In this document: positions 48,087-57,172 of the stretch, piece after piece
Layout: every line of letters begins with the position of its first letter
Numbering within the stretch: the stretch's first letter is position 1
Assembly (NCBI RefSeq): GCF_900188395.1
Contig: NZ_FZOB01000001.1
Coordinates: 198,101-262,100, forward strand
Direction of reading: 5' to 3'
DNA: 64,000 nt
From: Desulfurobacterium atlanticum
GTDB taxonomy: Bacteria > Aquificota > Aquificia > Desulfurobacteriales > Desulfurobacteriaceae
Program-made: the position numbers and the translations under genes
The notes under the pieces: model-generated
The model's input: only the letters and a program-made list of their open reading frames with translations
What the model was told of the DNA's origin: nothing
The model's database searches: none

Positions 48087-49544
48087 ATGGAGTTTGAAGC
48101 AGTTATAGGGCTTGAGGTACACGCTCAACTTTTAACAGATACGAAAATTTTCTGTTCGTGCAGGAATAGGTTTGGAGATCCGCCTAACACAAATGTTTGT
48201 CCTGTGTGTCTGGGGATGCCTGGTTCTTTGCCGGTGCTTAATAAAAAAGCTGTTGAGTATGCTGTTAAAGCTGCTCTTGCTTTAAACTGTAAAATTAATA
48301 CCTATTCCATTTTTGCGAGGAAACACTATTTCTATCCGGACCTGCCGAAAGCTTATCAGATAACCCAGTATGAGCTTCCTTTTGCAGAGCACGGATGGAT
48401 TGAGATAGAAAAGCCTGATGGGACAAAGAAAAAGATAAGAATCAGAAGAATTCACATGGAAGAGGATGCCGGGAAAACCCTTCATGGTGAAGGGTATGAC
48501 CAGAATTCTTATGTTGATTTGAACAGAGCCGGGACACCGTTGATAGAGATAGTTAGTGAACCTGATATTTCCTCTCCTGAAGAGGCAAGACTTTATATGC
48601 AAAAATTAAGAGATATTCTTGTCTGGATAGGTGTAAATGATGGGAACCTTGAAGAAGGTTCACTAAGATGTGATGCAAATGTTTCCATAAGGCCTAAAGG
48701 TTCTGATAAATTGGGAACAAGAACAGAGATTAAAAATGTTAACTCTTTCAGATTTATTCAAAAAGCACTTGAATATGAAATTGAAAGGCAGATAAAAGTC
48801 GTTAAAGGTGGTGGAGAGGTTGTTCAGGAAACAAGATTGTACGATTCACAGAAAAACATTACCAAAACAATGAGAACTAAAGAGGAAGCTGAAGATTACA
48901 GATATTTCCCGGAACCGGATTTGCCTCCTTTAATAATTGACAGTGAATGGCTTGATTCTATAAAAGCTTCTTTGCCAGAGCTTCCAGACAGTGTAAAAGA
49001 AAGGTTTGTGAAAGATTACTCATTGACTCCTTACGATGCCTCTATACTGGTAAAGGAGCGTGCCCTTGCTCACTTTTTTGAAAGTGCAGTTTCGTCCTAC
49101 AGTGGAGAACCGAAAAAAGTTGCTAACTTTATTATTTCCGATTTTCTTGGTATTTTAAATGAAGAGAAAATCGGGATTTCAGATGTAAAGGTTAAACCTG
49201 AATATATAGCGGAGCTTCTAACTCTTGTTGATAAGGGAACAATATCTTTGAGAGTTGCTAAAGAGGATGTTTTGCCTGAAATGGTAAAAACCGGCAAATC
49301 TCCAGAAAAGATAGTTAAAGAAAAAGGTCTGGTGCAGATATCTGATGAGTCAGCTTTAGTTGAAATAATAGAAGCGGTTCTTAATAAGAACGAGAAGGCG
49401 GTAAATCAGTATAAGACAGGAGATGATAAGAAGAAAACAAAAGCAGTTAAGTTTCTGATAGGTCAGGTTATGAAAGAAACGAAAGGAAAAGCAAATCCGA
49501 AAGTTTTAAACGAGCTTATTCCTAAAATTCTTGATAAAAAGTAG
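48087..49544 (+). CDS. gatB: Asp-tRNA(Asn)/Glu-tRNA(Gln) amidotransferase subunit B
   Basis: 485 aa; MEFEAVIGLEVHAQL N-terminus, GatB/YqeY C-terminal domain. Confidence 0.95.
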   Translation: MEFEAVIGLEVHAQLLTDTKIFCSCRNRFGDPPNTNVCPVCLGMPGSLPVLNKKAVEYAVKAALALNCKINTYSIFARKHYFYPDLPKAYQITQYELPFAEHGWIEIEKPDGTKKKIRIRRIHMEEDAGKTLHGEGYDQNSYVDLNRAGTPLIEIVSEPDISSPEEARLYMQKLRDILVWIGVNDGNLEEGSLRCDANVSIRPKGSDKLGTRTEIKNVNSFRFIQKALEYEIERQIKVVKGGGEVVQETRLYDSQKNITKTMRTKEEAEDYRYFPEPDLPPLIIDSEWLDSIKASLPELPDSVKERFVKDYSLTPYDASILVKERALAHFFESAVSSYSGEPKKVANFIISDFLGILNEEKIGISDVKVKPEYIAELLTLVDKGTISLRVAKEDVLPEMVKTGKSPEKIVKEKGLVQISDESALVEIIEAVLNKNEKAVNQYKTGDDKKKTKAVKFLIGQVMKETKGKANPKVLNELIPKILDKK

Positions 49545-49547
49545 TCA

Positions 49548-50042
49548 CTACTGGGAGCTCTTTTTATGGAGCTCCCTTTTAAGGTTTTCTGCATCTTTTA
49601 CGAGAGCCGGTATAGGACATAGATCCTTTACAATTTCAATAAATTCAAAAGCTTCTTTTGTAAATTCTCCCTTTTCTACTGAGAACTTTACAAAATCGAT
49701 GAGAGATTTAAAAGCTTCATAATCAAGGCCTCTTTTTACTAAAGCTCTAAAAAGAATTCTGTAAATCTTAGGATGCTTTACATAAAATGTCACTTTTTTA
49801 AGATACCCTATAACTGTATCGTAAAAACCTTCTTTTAAAAGCTGTTCGGAAACTTCTGTAGCTATATCTATTGCTCTATTTTTGTTTCCCATGTTGTAAT
49901 AAATATCAAACAGTAGCATTTTTATCTGATAGTTATTAGGCTCCCTTTTAAGTACTTTTAGAAGCTTTTTAAGAGCCTCGTTATATTTTTCTTCAAGTAT
50001 CAATTGAACGATTTCTAACTTCGGGTCAATTCTTGAAACCAT
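49548..50042 (-). CDS. TPR-repeat protein (hypothetical)
   Basis: 164 aa; helical repeats with TPR-like W/LG/Y/A/F/A/P spacing. Confidence 0.5.
   Translation of the reverse strand: MVSRIDPKLEIVQLILEEKYNEALKKLLKVLKREPNNYQIKMLLFDIYYNMGNKNRAIDIATEVSEQLLKEGFYDTVIGYLKKVTFYVKHPKIYRILFRALVKRGLDYEAFKSLIDFVKFSVEKGEFTKEAFEFIEIVKDLCPIPALVKDAENLKRELHKKSSQ
49553..49580. terminator. Bidirectional terminator hairpin after gatB (embedded in the 3' end of the convergent TPR gene)
   Basis: GGGAGCTCtttttatgGAGCTCCCtttt 9 nt after gatB stop. Confidence 0.45.
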
Positions 50043-50104
50043 TTCTTTTCCATATATTTTTATGATTTAGGAATTCTACAGTAAATTTTAAGAGAGTTAA
50101 AGGG

Positions 50105-51142
50105 ATGAATGTTCCAGAGATAGATGTTAAGAAGGCTTTAAATGGAAATTTCACTTTTGTTGATGTTAGAACAGCTGAAGAATTTAAGAATTTCCACATT
50201 CCAAAAGCTTACAATGTTCCTCTGTTTAATAAAGAGGAGAAGGAGTTTATCTCAAAAATTTATAGGGAAAAGGGAGAGAAAGAAGCAAGATTTGAAGCGG
50301 TTAAGGTGGTTTCTCCTAAAATATATTCAATAGTTGAAAGAGTAGATGAGATAAAGAAAAGGCATGAGAATGTAGCGGTTTACTGCTGGAGAGGCGGATT
50401 GAGAAGTCTTGCTGTGACTTCGTTTTGCCAGCTTGCAGGAGTATTTGTTTTCAGATTAAAAGGGGGTTATAGGGCTTTTAGATACTTTATTCTTGCTGAT
50501 ATGGAAAAGCTTTTGTCTGATAAAAGAGTTTATGTTCTCTACGGTCCTACAGGATGCGGGAAAACCGCAGTTTTAAGATACTTAAAAGCAAAGAATTTTC
50601 CTGTAATAGACCTTGAAGGACTTGCAGGTCATAGAGGTTCTGTTTTTGGAAGTATTGGTATGAAACAACCATCTCAGAAAATGTTTGATGCTCTACTGTG
50701 GTGTCAGTTAAGAAGATTTAAGAATAGTCCTTTTATTATAGTTGAGGGGGAGAGTAAAAAGATAGGAAATCTTTATCTTCCAGATTGCCTTTTTAATAAA
50801 ATGAAGGAAGATTTTAAAATAGCCGTTTCTGTTCCATTGGAAGAGCGGGTAAGATTTTCTCTTAAGGAGTATGGTGTTGGTAAATTTGAAAGTTCTGTTT
50901 ATCTTGATGCTCTTTCAAAAATAAAAAGGTATCTCTCTCCAGAAGTTTATAAAGAACTTGAAAGTGGAATAAGGTGTGAAGATTATCCATCAGTAGTAAG
51001 AAATTTGATAATTTTTTATTACGATAAATTGTATAAACGTTCAATGCCGGGAAAGTTTGATTTTGAAATTAAAGCTTCAAGTGTTGAAGAGCTTAAAGTA
51101 AAACTTGAAAAATTCTTTTTATACTTAAAAGACTCTGAATAG
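50105..51142 (+). CDS. selU: tRNA 2-selenouridine synthase (rhodanese + P-loop)
   Basis: 345 aa; rhodanese domain with active Cys (AVYCWRGGLRS), downstream Walker A GPTGCGKT; domain order as in SelU/MnmH (YbbB). Confidence 0.8.
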   Translation: MNVPEIDVKKALNGNFTFVDVRTAEEFKNFHIPKAYNVPLFNKEEKEFISKIYREKGEKEARFEAVKVVSPKIYSIVERVDEIKKRHENVAVYCWRGGLRSLAVTSFCQLAGVFVFRLKGGYRAFRYFILADMEKLLSDKRVYVLYGPTGCGKTAVLRYLKAKNFPVIDLEGLAGHRGSVFGSIGMKQPSQKMFDALLWCQLRRFKNSPFIIVEGESKKIGNLYLPDCLFNKMKEDFKIAVSVPLEERVRFSLKEYGVGKFESSVYLDALSKIKRYLSPEVYKELESGIRCEDYPSVVRNLIIFYYDKLYKRSMPGKFDFEIKASSVEELKVKLEKFFLYLKDSE

Positions 51143-51775
51143 TTTTCCTTTTTCAAGTCTAAATACTGGCCATTTTAGTTCTTCTATCATATCCTTATCA
51201 TGGGTAATAATAAGTGTTGTTTTAGGTGTTGTTTTTAGAAACTGAAGGAGAAGCTCCAATTTCTCATTGTCAACTCCGGTGGTAGGTTCATCCATTACAA
51301 ACCATTCAGGGTTCATTGCAAGGACAGATGCTATTGAAACAAGTCTTTTTTCTCCACCGGAAAGTTTAAAGGTCAATTTGTTTTTAAGATAATGAATATC
51401 CAGCATTTTAAGAGTTGTATCTATTATTTCGGGTATTTTTTCTCTGTCTATACCTATGTTAAGAAGCCCAAAAGCTATGTCTTCTTCAACAGTAGGAGAA
51501 AATAGCTGGTCATCAGGATTTTGAAACACATATCCGGTAGATATTCTGAATCTATAAAGGTCTTTTTCTGTTTTTATCTCTTTTCCTTTAAACAGGATTT
51601 TTCCTGATATAGGTTTTACAAATCCCATTATCGTTTCTATCAATGTTGTTTTTCCTGCTCCGTTTGGGCCTGTAAGAAAAAATTTCTCTCCCTGATTTAT
51701 CGTGAGGTTGATGTTTTGAAAAAGGAATTTTCCATCTCTTTTAACAGAAAGGTTTTCTATCTTTAAAATCTCCAA
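51125..51775 (-). CDS. cbiO: Ni/Co ECF-type transporter ATPase (CbiO/NikO)
   Basis: 216 aa; Walker [10 protein letters not shown], signature LSGGEKRLVSIA, Walker B FVMDEP. Confidence 0.85.
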   Translation of the reverse strand: MEILKIENLSVKRDGKFLFQNINLTINQGEKFFLTGPNGAGKTTLIETIMGFVKPISGKILFKGKEIKTEKDLYRFRISTGYVFQNPDDQLFSPTVEEDIAFGLLNIGIDREKIPEIIDTTLKMLDIHYLKNKLTFKLSGGEKRLVSIASVLAMNPEWFVMDEPTTGVDNEKLELLLQFLKTTPKTTLIITHDKDMIEELKWPVFRLEKGKLFRVF

Positions 51776-52521
51776 ATTTCACTCCACGTAAATGCAAGCA
51801 GAAAATATGCTACCGAAATTGTAGCAAAGAGGATGTCTTCTTTTTTAAGTTTAAAGTGCTTATATACCGGAAATTCGCCTTTAAATCCTCTACAAAGCAT
51901 TGCCTTATAAATCCTATCTGATTTTAAGTAGCTTCTTATCAGAAGATTTGCGACTATATATCCGTATGTTTTGTATGTGTGAATGTTGGTTTTTGGTTTA
52001 AAGCCTCTTGCCTTTGCTGCTTTCAGTAATCTGTTGTATTCATCTTTTATAACCTGAAGATATCTGAATGTGAAGAACAACATCTGGACAAGTTTTGATG
52101 GTACTTTAAGATGGTGAAGGGCATGGGCAATTTCAAATATGGTTGAGGTTGATAGAAAAACTATAACTGTCAAAAGGATAATGTTTGACTTGAAAAACAG
52201 AAAAGCGCCGTATTTTAAACCCTCAATATAGAGGGGAAAAACACCTACTTTTATAAGTTTCCCTTTGTTAAAAGTTAAGGTGGTTGTGATGATTATAAAA
52301 AACAGAAAAGAATCGGCAAAAAGCAGGGTGTAAAAGATATCTTTTAGATTTTTCCTTAAAAAAACCAGAATTAGAAACATAAGAAATAATCCGATCATAC
52401 CAAGAAAAGAGATAGAGGAGGAAAGGGCGCAGACAAAAGAAAAAAGAAGACATATCAATACTTTTGTCCGCGCATCAATTCTGTGTAAAAGAGAGACTCC
52501 GTTTGAAAATTTAGTTTCCAT
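51763..52521 (-). CDS. cbiQ: Ni/Co ECF transporter T component (CbiQ/NikQ)
   Basis: 252 aa, 5-6 TM, CbiQ-like N-terminus (RIDARTKVLICLLFSF). Confidence 0.8.
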   Translation of the reverse strand: METKFSNGVSLLHRIDARTKVLICLLFSFVCALSSSISFLGMIGLFLMFLILVFLRKNLKDIFYTLLFADSFLFFIIITTTLTFNKGKLIKVGVFPLYIEGLKYGAFLFFKSNIILLTVIVFLSTSTIFEIAHALHHLKVPSKLVQMLFFTFRYLQVIKDEYNRLLKAAKARGFKPKTNIHTYKTYGYIVANLLIRSYLKSDRIYKAMLCRGFKGEFPVYKHFKLKKEDILFATISVAYFLLAFTWSEIWRF

Positions 52522-53152
52522 TCCTTTTATTCCTGCTGCTAAAATATGCTCCTACTCCGAAAATTCCTAAAATCCAGCCTATTCCTCCGAAAATTTCATT
52601 GATAGTTGGTTTTGTTAAAGCCATTTTTATCTGTAGTATCTCTTCTCTTATAGGTTTAAGTTCTTTTTTAACAGCTTCTTTTACAGCTTTATTTACTATT
52701 TTTTCAAGTTCCTGTTGAGAAATTGTTTGCTCTACTTGCGAGTTTTCTTTATAAAAAGATTTGTCCGTTTCTTCTTGAGAGTTAATTATATCTTTATCTG
52801 TTTCCTGATCTGCTGTTCCTTCAACATCTGATAGTTCTGAAGCTGGAATTGTGCTTTCTATTCTATGTCCAAGTTCTGCTTCTACGACTACTTTAAGGTC
52901 GGTTATTTTAGGTGGAGTAAATGAAAATTCTCCATCTGCGTTTGTTTTTCCAGTTAAAAGGACTTTCCCCGTTTTTGCGTCTATCACTTCAACTTTGGAA
53001 TTCTTGCAGGGTGTTCCATCATTAAAGTAGGTCATAACATTAACTTTTCCATCTTCAACATCTGTAAAGGCGGAAATTTTATGGGCAAATGATACTGAAA
53101 GTGCTGACAATGAGATTAAAACGGCAATAAATAAGCTTTTAAGATGCTGCAT
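52511..53152 (-). CDS. Additional periplasmic-domain component of the Ni/Co transporter (NikL/NikN-position protein; transthyretin/carboxypeptidase-regulatory-like fold)
   Basis: 213 aa; signal peptide, beta-rich domain (KVEVIDAKTGKVLLTGKTNADGEFSF), acidic linker, C-terminal TM (IFGGIGWILGIFGVGAYF); occupies the cbiN slot between cbiM and cbiQ but is longer than CbiN. Confidence 0.45.
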   Translation of the reverse strand: MQHLKSLFIAVLISLSALSVSFAHKISAFTDVEDGKVNVMTYFNDGTPCKNSKVEVIDAKTGKVLLTGKTNADGEFSFTPPKITDLKVVVEAELGHRIESTIPASELSDVEGTADQETDKDIINSQEETDKSFYKENSQVEQTISQQELEKIVNKAVKEAVKKELKPIREEILQIKMALTKPTINEIFGGIGWILGIFGVGAYFSSRNKRNGN

Positions 53153-53753
53153 AGTTAACCTCCAGGAGCTCAGGAAATACTTTCTTTATAAAGGAAAGGA
53201 CAAATATGTTTATTACAGCTTCAACAACGGCTACCGGCAGATGAGCTATTACTACAAGTTCTGCTACTTTTGTAAACTGTTCACCTGTTAGAAAAAGTTC
53301 AATAGCCACAAGTAGCCCTGAGCCTATTATTGCGACAAAAGCGGCAGTTATTCCAGCCAAAATGATAGATGTGGATGAACTGCTTTTTAAGAGTTTTCGG
53401 CATATATAGTAAGCAACTACGGCAGGAAATGCCATGTTGAATGTGTTTACTCCAAGTACTGTAATTCCTCCAAATTGAAACAGAACTGCCTGAAGGAATA
53501 AACCTACAAGCAAAATCGGAAAAGCTACCCAGCCGGCTAATAGACCTACAAGACCGTTCATAACAAGATGAACGCTTGTTGGACCAAGGGGAACATGTAT
53601 CAAAGATGCAACGAAGAAAGCAGCGGCAAGGAGAGCCGCTACCGGGATTTTACTATTATCAAGTCTTTTAAGTCCTATGGCTGTTCCTGCAGCAGTTAAT
53701 CCCCAACCTGTTATAAGCATCCATCCTGGAAGTACACCTTCTGATATGTGCAT
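53139..53753 (-). CDS. cbiM: Ni/Co ECF transporter substrate-capture component CbiM/NikM
   Basis: 204 aa; invariant N-terminus MHISEGVLP, 6 TM. Confidence 0.9.
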   Translation of the reverse strand: MHISEGVLPGWMLITGWGLTAAGTAIGLKRLDNSKIPVAALLAAAFFVASLIHVPLGPTSVHLVMNGLVGLLAGWVAFPILLVGLFLQAVLFQFGGITVLGVNTFNMAFPAVVAYYICRKLLKSSSSTSIILAGITAAFVAIIGSGLLVAIELFLTGEQFTKVAELVVIAHLPVAVVEAVINIFVLSFIKKVFPELLEVNYAAS

Positions 53754-53754
53754 C

Positions 53755-54537
53755 TTATCTTACCTCTTTTGGTTTTGGATATGCTTTTACCCACACAATA
53801 GAGTCAAGTTCAACAGGATAATACTTTCCATCCTTTTTAAGTTTCCCGCCATCTCCAAGGACAGAGAATCCCCACCATCCTGCCCACGGGATTGTATATT
53901 CAAAGTATCCATCTTTATCGGTTTTTACAACCTGTGTTACAAATGGGTCGGCAGGTGGCTTAACACCTTTTGTATTAAGATATTCAATTTCAACTTCTGC
54001 ATTTGCAAGGGGTTTACCGTTAAGATAAGCTCTTCCTCTGAATGTATTTCCTTCCCATATACCAAAAGGCCTTGTGAGAGGGACAATTTCAGCTTTAAGA
54101 CCTATAGGTTCATCCCATCCATCTTCAAGTCCAAATGTTTCAACATAAACCTTTGTAATCTGCTGGATAAACTTCTCTTCTGCAGGTTCAAAGTAAGGTG
54201 TTGGAACAACATAAAACTGATACACTCCAGGTCTTTTGATTTTAAAAGATGTTTTATACATAGGTGCCTTTTTATTGCTACCTTTAAGGGCAGGTATCAT
54301 TATTTTCTTCCACTTTAACTTATATTTTTTTCCATTTATAAAAGCACCACTGTCAACTATACCAAATTCCATATTGGGACCGCCTTCCATAGGATGGGTA
54401 AACTTTGTTTCAAGATGGATAATTCTGCTTCCTCCTTCAACTATATCCTTGTTTGGCTTTAGCACAACAAAGTGTGCATACGCACTTGAAGATAAAGCAA
54501 CAATTCCAGCTACTGTCAAGCCCAAAAGTTTTCTCAT
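53755..54537 (-). CDS. DUF4198 / COG5266 periplasmic Ni/Co-transport-associated protein (NikK/CbiK-like)
   Basis: 260 aa; signal peptide, beta-sandwich pattern with conserved His near N-terminus (AHFVVLKP) as in DUF4198; first gene of the cbiM operon. Confidence 0.6.
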   Translation of the reverse strand: MRKLLGLTVAGIVALSSSAYAHFVVLKPNKDIVEGGSRIIHLETKFTHPMEGGPNMEFGIVDSGAFINGKKYKLKWKKIMIPALKGSNKKAPMYKTSFKIKRPGVYQFYVVPTPYFEPAEEKFIQQITKVYVETFGLEDGWDEPIGLKAEIVPLTRPFGIWEGNTFRGRAYLNGKPLANAEVEIEYLNTKGVKPPADPFVTQVVKTDKDGYFEYTIPWAGWWGFSVLGDGGKLKKDGKYYPVELDSIVWVKAYPKPKEVR

Positions 54538-54810
54538 GGTGTTACCTCCTGTCTATTAGTTTTACTAAATGTTAACAGGCGAGTATAAAAAAGTCAAGAT
54601 GTAAGAAAATTATTATCCAATATGAAGATGATAAGTCTCTTTAATTATAACTTTTTCTAAAAAAATCTTATCAAGTATTACATTAATTTATTACGTTATC
54701 CCCAAGGATTATTGATTTAAATCAAAGTTTTTTTGACTTTGTTTTTATTCGGCAATATATTAATAAACAGAAATAACTTTATTTCTTAAAATCTAATATT
54801 GAGGTGTTTG

Positions 54811-55323
54811 ATGAGATATGTAAACCTTGTTCCGGAGGAAGTTGCTCTTAAAGCTTTTAATTATTTCCCTGATTTAAAGTGCTCTGAAGCTTCATTTAAA
54901 GCGATTATTGAAACTCTTTCTGAGAAGATAGGTGAACCTTACAGTTTTATTCCCTCATCTATCCTTGCTTACGGAAAAGCAGGTATATATGGTTGGTGTG
55001 GAGTGTGTGGTGCATTTAACGGCACATCAGCAGCTGTAAGTGTGATTTTTGAAGGTAATGATAAGAAAGTTAAAGCAGTGCTGAATCACCTTGCCAACTT
55101 TCTTCTGTCAAATGTTCAGCCTGTTTTTTTGCCCGGAAATGTAGATTCCATATTGAGGATTTCCTTGCCTTCACTATCTTGCAGTGATATTTTTCTGCGT
55201 TTTCACAAAGAGCATGGTGTGGATTTTGAGGATGACAGAAGAAAAAAGTTCTGCAGGTGTTTAACATATACAACTGTTTTTAAAACGGTTGAGATATTAA
55301 ACAGGTCTTTTTATCAGGCGTAG
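54811..55323 (+). CDS. C_GCAxxG_C_C family protein (putative redox-active Cys-rich protein)
   Basis: Start at ATG 54811 after GAGGTG RBS; motif GWCGVCGAFNG plus downstream Cys pairs (CSDIF...CRC). Confidence 0.65.
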   Translation: MRYVNLVPEEVALKAFNYFPDLKCSEASFKAIIETLSEKIGEPYSFIPSSILAYGKAGIYGWCGVCGAFNGTSAAVSVIFEGNDKKVKAVLNHLANFLLSNVQPVFLPGNVDSILRISLPSLSCSDIFLRFHKEHGVDFEDDRRKKFCRCLTYTTVFKTVEILNRSFYQA

Positions 55324-55324
55324 A

Positions 55325-55348
55325 GCCGGGATTGTTTACCCCGGCTTT
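55325..55348. terminator. Bidirectional terminator between C_GCAxxG_C_C gene and sdhE
   Basis: GCCGGGattgtttaCCCCGGCttt; lies between convergent stops. Confidence 0.55.
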
Positions 55349-56207
55349 AAACTATGTAAAGTGCTGGAACGACATTTTTATCAAGTCCAATTTCTTCAGG
55401 TGAAAGTCCCATTGCAAGTCCTATAAGTTGTTGAATATGGAGAACCGGCATGATAAACTTTTCTCCGATAGTTTTCAAAGCCTTCCTTTGATTTGCGTCC
55501 ATATTAAGATGGCACAATGGGCATGGTGTTACTACACAGTCAGCATCCATATCATGGGCTTCCTTTAGATTTTGCCCTGTTAGAGTCATTGCTAAACGTG
55601 AGGCTGAAAAGGAAGCGTGAAATCCGCAGCAGAGGATTCTCCTATTTCCGGATACCGGGATTCCTCCAAGTAGTTTTATCAGTTTTTCAAGAGATGATGG
55701 ATTTTCAGAATCATCATATCCTGTGATATGCTTTGGTCTTATTGAATGGCATCCGTAATATGGGTAAACTTTTATATTGGTAAGGGGTTTTTTGATTTTC
55801 TTTTTTAAGGTATCTGTAAAATAGTCAAGTATTACATGGTGGAGGAGGTAAACGTTTACTTTTCCCTCATATCTTAACCCTGCTTCAGAAAGAATTTCAT
55901 TGTATTCCTCTTTCAGAGTTTCTCTTTCTTCAAGTCTTCTCTGCGCTTTCTTAAGCTCAAGATAACAGGTGCTGCAGATGGTTATTATGTCTCTTCCTTC
56001 TGTTTCAGCTATTGCAAGGTTTCTTACGTTTATGCCGAGGGCAACAGAGGGCTTTACCTCTTCAATATTCCCTGCACCGCAGCAGCTGAAAGATAGCGGT
56101 TCTGTGTAGTCTATTTCAAGCTTGTTCATTACAGCTTTTGCACTGATGTAAGATTCTATAGATGCACCTTTTGGGGCACATCCGGGATAGAATGCAAATT
56201 TTTTCAC
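55347..56207 (-). CDS. sdhE: Type-E succinate dehydrogenase/fumarate reductase subunit with two CCG (HdrB-like) Cys-rich domains
   Basis: 286 aa; two CCG motifs (CCGAG...; CCGF...) as in HdrB/SdhE. Confidence 0.75.
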   Translation of the reverse strand: MKKFAFYPGCAPKGASIESYISAKAVMNKLEIDYTEPLSFSCCGAGNIEEVKPSVALGINVRNLAIAETEGRDIITICSTCYLELKKAQRRLEERETLKEEYNEILSEAGLRYEGKVNVYLLHHVILDYFTDTLKKKIKKPLTNIKVYPYYGCHSIRPKHITGYDDSENPSSLEKLIKLLGGIPVSGNRRILCCGFHASFSASRLAMTLTGQNLKEAHDMDADCVVTPCPLCHLNMDANQRKALKTIGEKFIMPVLHIQQLIGLAMGLSPEEIGLDKNVVPALYIV

Positions 56208-57172
56208 AGTTCCACCTCCTCAGAAAGGGCAACAACTTTCTTGAAACTTTCAAGGTCTTCTATCGGTTTTACAAGGGGAGGAGGCATTTTCCCTCTTGCA
56301 AGAAAAGAAAGGGCGACGGGCATCTCCTCAATTACACCTTTTATTCCTTTAGACATAAGAGGAATTATCGCTTCATTTAAGATACCTTTTGAAATTACAC
56401 TTTTATAAAAAGCTATTGCGTGTCTTGCTCCCGGATTTAGAGTTAGTCCTTTTTTAATGGACATAGCTCTTAAGTGGATAACAGCTTCAGATGAGGAAAT
56501 CTGCTTCGGGCATACATCAGAGCATCTTTCACATCTTATACACTGCCACAGGTCAAAAGCGTAGGCGATTTTACTTCTTTCCTCTTTTAATCCGTCTCTC
56601 GGGTCTTTTGCAAAACGGTATATTCTTGCATGCTGGAAAGGTCCAGCATATTCTTTAAAATTCATAACAGCAGGGCACATTGAGAAGCAACTTCCACATA
56701 AGATACAGTCAGTATATTTATCAAATTTTTCAACTTCTTCTGGATAGACTATAGATTCTTCTTCACAGTTTTGTGGAACAATCTCGGGGTCGGGAATTAA
56801 ATACGGTTTTATCCTTTCAAATTTCTCTTGAGCATCTTTAAAGTCAACTGCAAGATCTCTTATTACTGTTGCATTTTGAAGAGGTTCAAGGGTTAAGGTA
56901 TCTGTGTTGAAGCGGTCAAGTTCCATAAAAACTTGCGTTTTGCAGGCAAGTTTAGGATGGCCGTTAACCTTTAGAGCACATGAACCGCAGATTGCACTTC
57001 TGCAAAATCCTTTAAATGTTAAAGTTGGATCTATGTTGTCTTTTATGTATTGAAGAGCCTCAAGGATTGTCATTCCTTTATGGACTGTTATTTTAAACGC
57101 TTCAAAATGGGGAAAATCATCATATTCCGGATTAAATCTACTTATCCTGAAGGTTACTTTTCTTTTTTCCAT
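56204..57172 (-). CDS. sdhB: Succinate dehydrogenase/fumarate reductase iron-sulfur subunit
   Basis: 322 aa; 2Fe-2S (CRSAICGSC...C), 4Fe-4S and 3Fe-4S Cys clusters (CILCGSCFSMCP; CIRCERCSDVCP). Confidence 0.9.
   Translation of the reverse strand: MEKRKVTFRISRFNPEYDDFPHFEAFKITVHKGMTILEALQYIKDNIDPTLTFKGFCRSAICGSCALKVNGHPKLACKTQVFMELDRFNTDTLTLEPLQNATVIRDLAVDFKDAQEKFERIKPYLIPDPEIVPQNCEEESIVYPEEVEKFDKYTDCILCGSCFSMCPAVMNFKEYAGPFQHARIYRFAKDPRDGLKEERSKIAYAFDLWQCIRCERCSDVCPKQISSSEAVIHLRAMSIKKGLTLNPGARHAIAFYKSVISKGILNEAIIPLMSKGIKGVIEEMPVALSFLARGKMPPPLVKPIEDLESFKKVVALSEEVEL

Noticed and set aside
53677-54318. 213-aa plus-strand ORF
   Set aside because: Antisense to the cbiM and DUF4198 genes, Cys/Phe-rich low-complexity translation.
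54538-54810. Cobalamin or NiCo riboswitch upstream of the cbi/nik operon
   Set aside because: Region is ~80% AT with no GC-rich B12-box-like core or conserved stems; more consistent with a protein-operated promoter.
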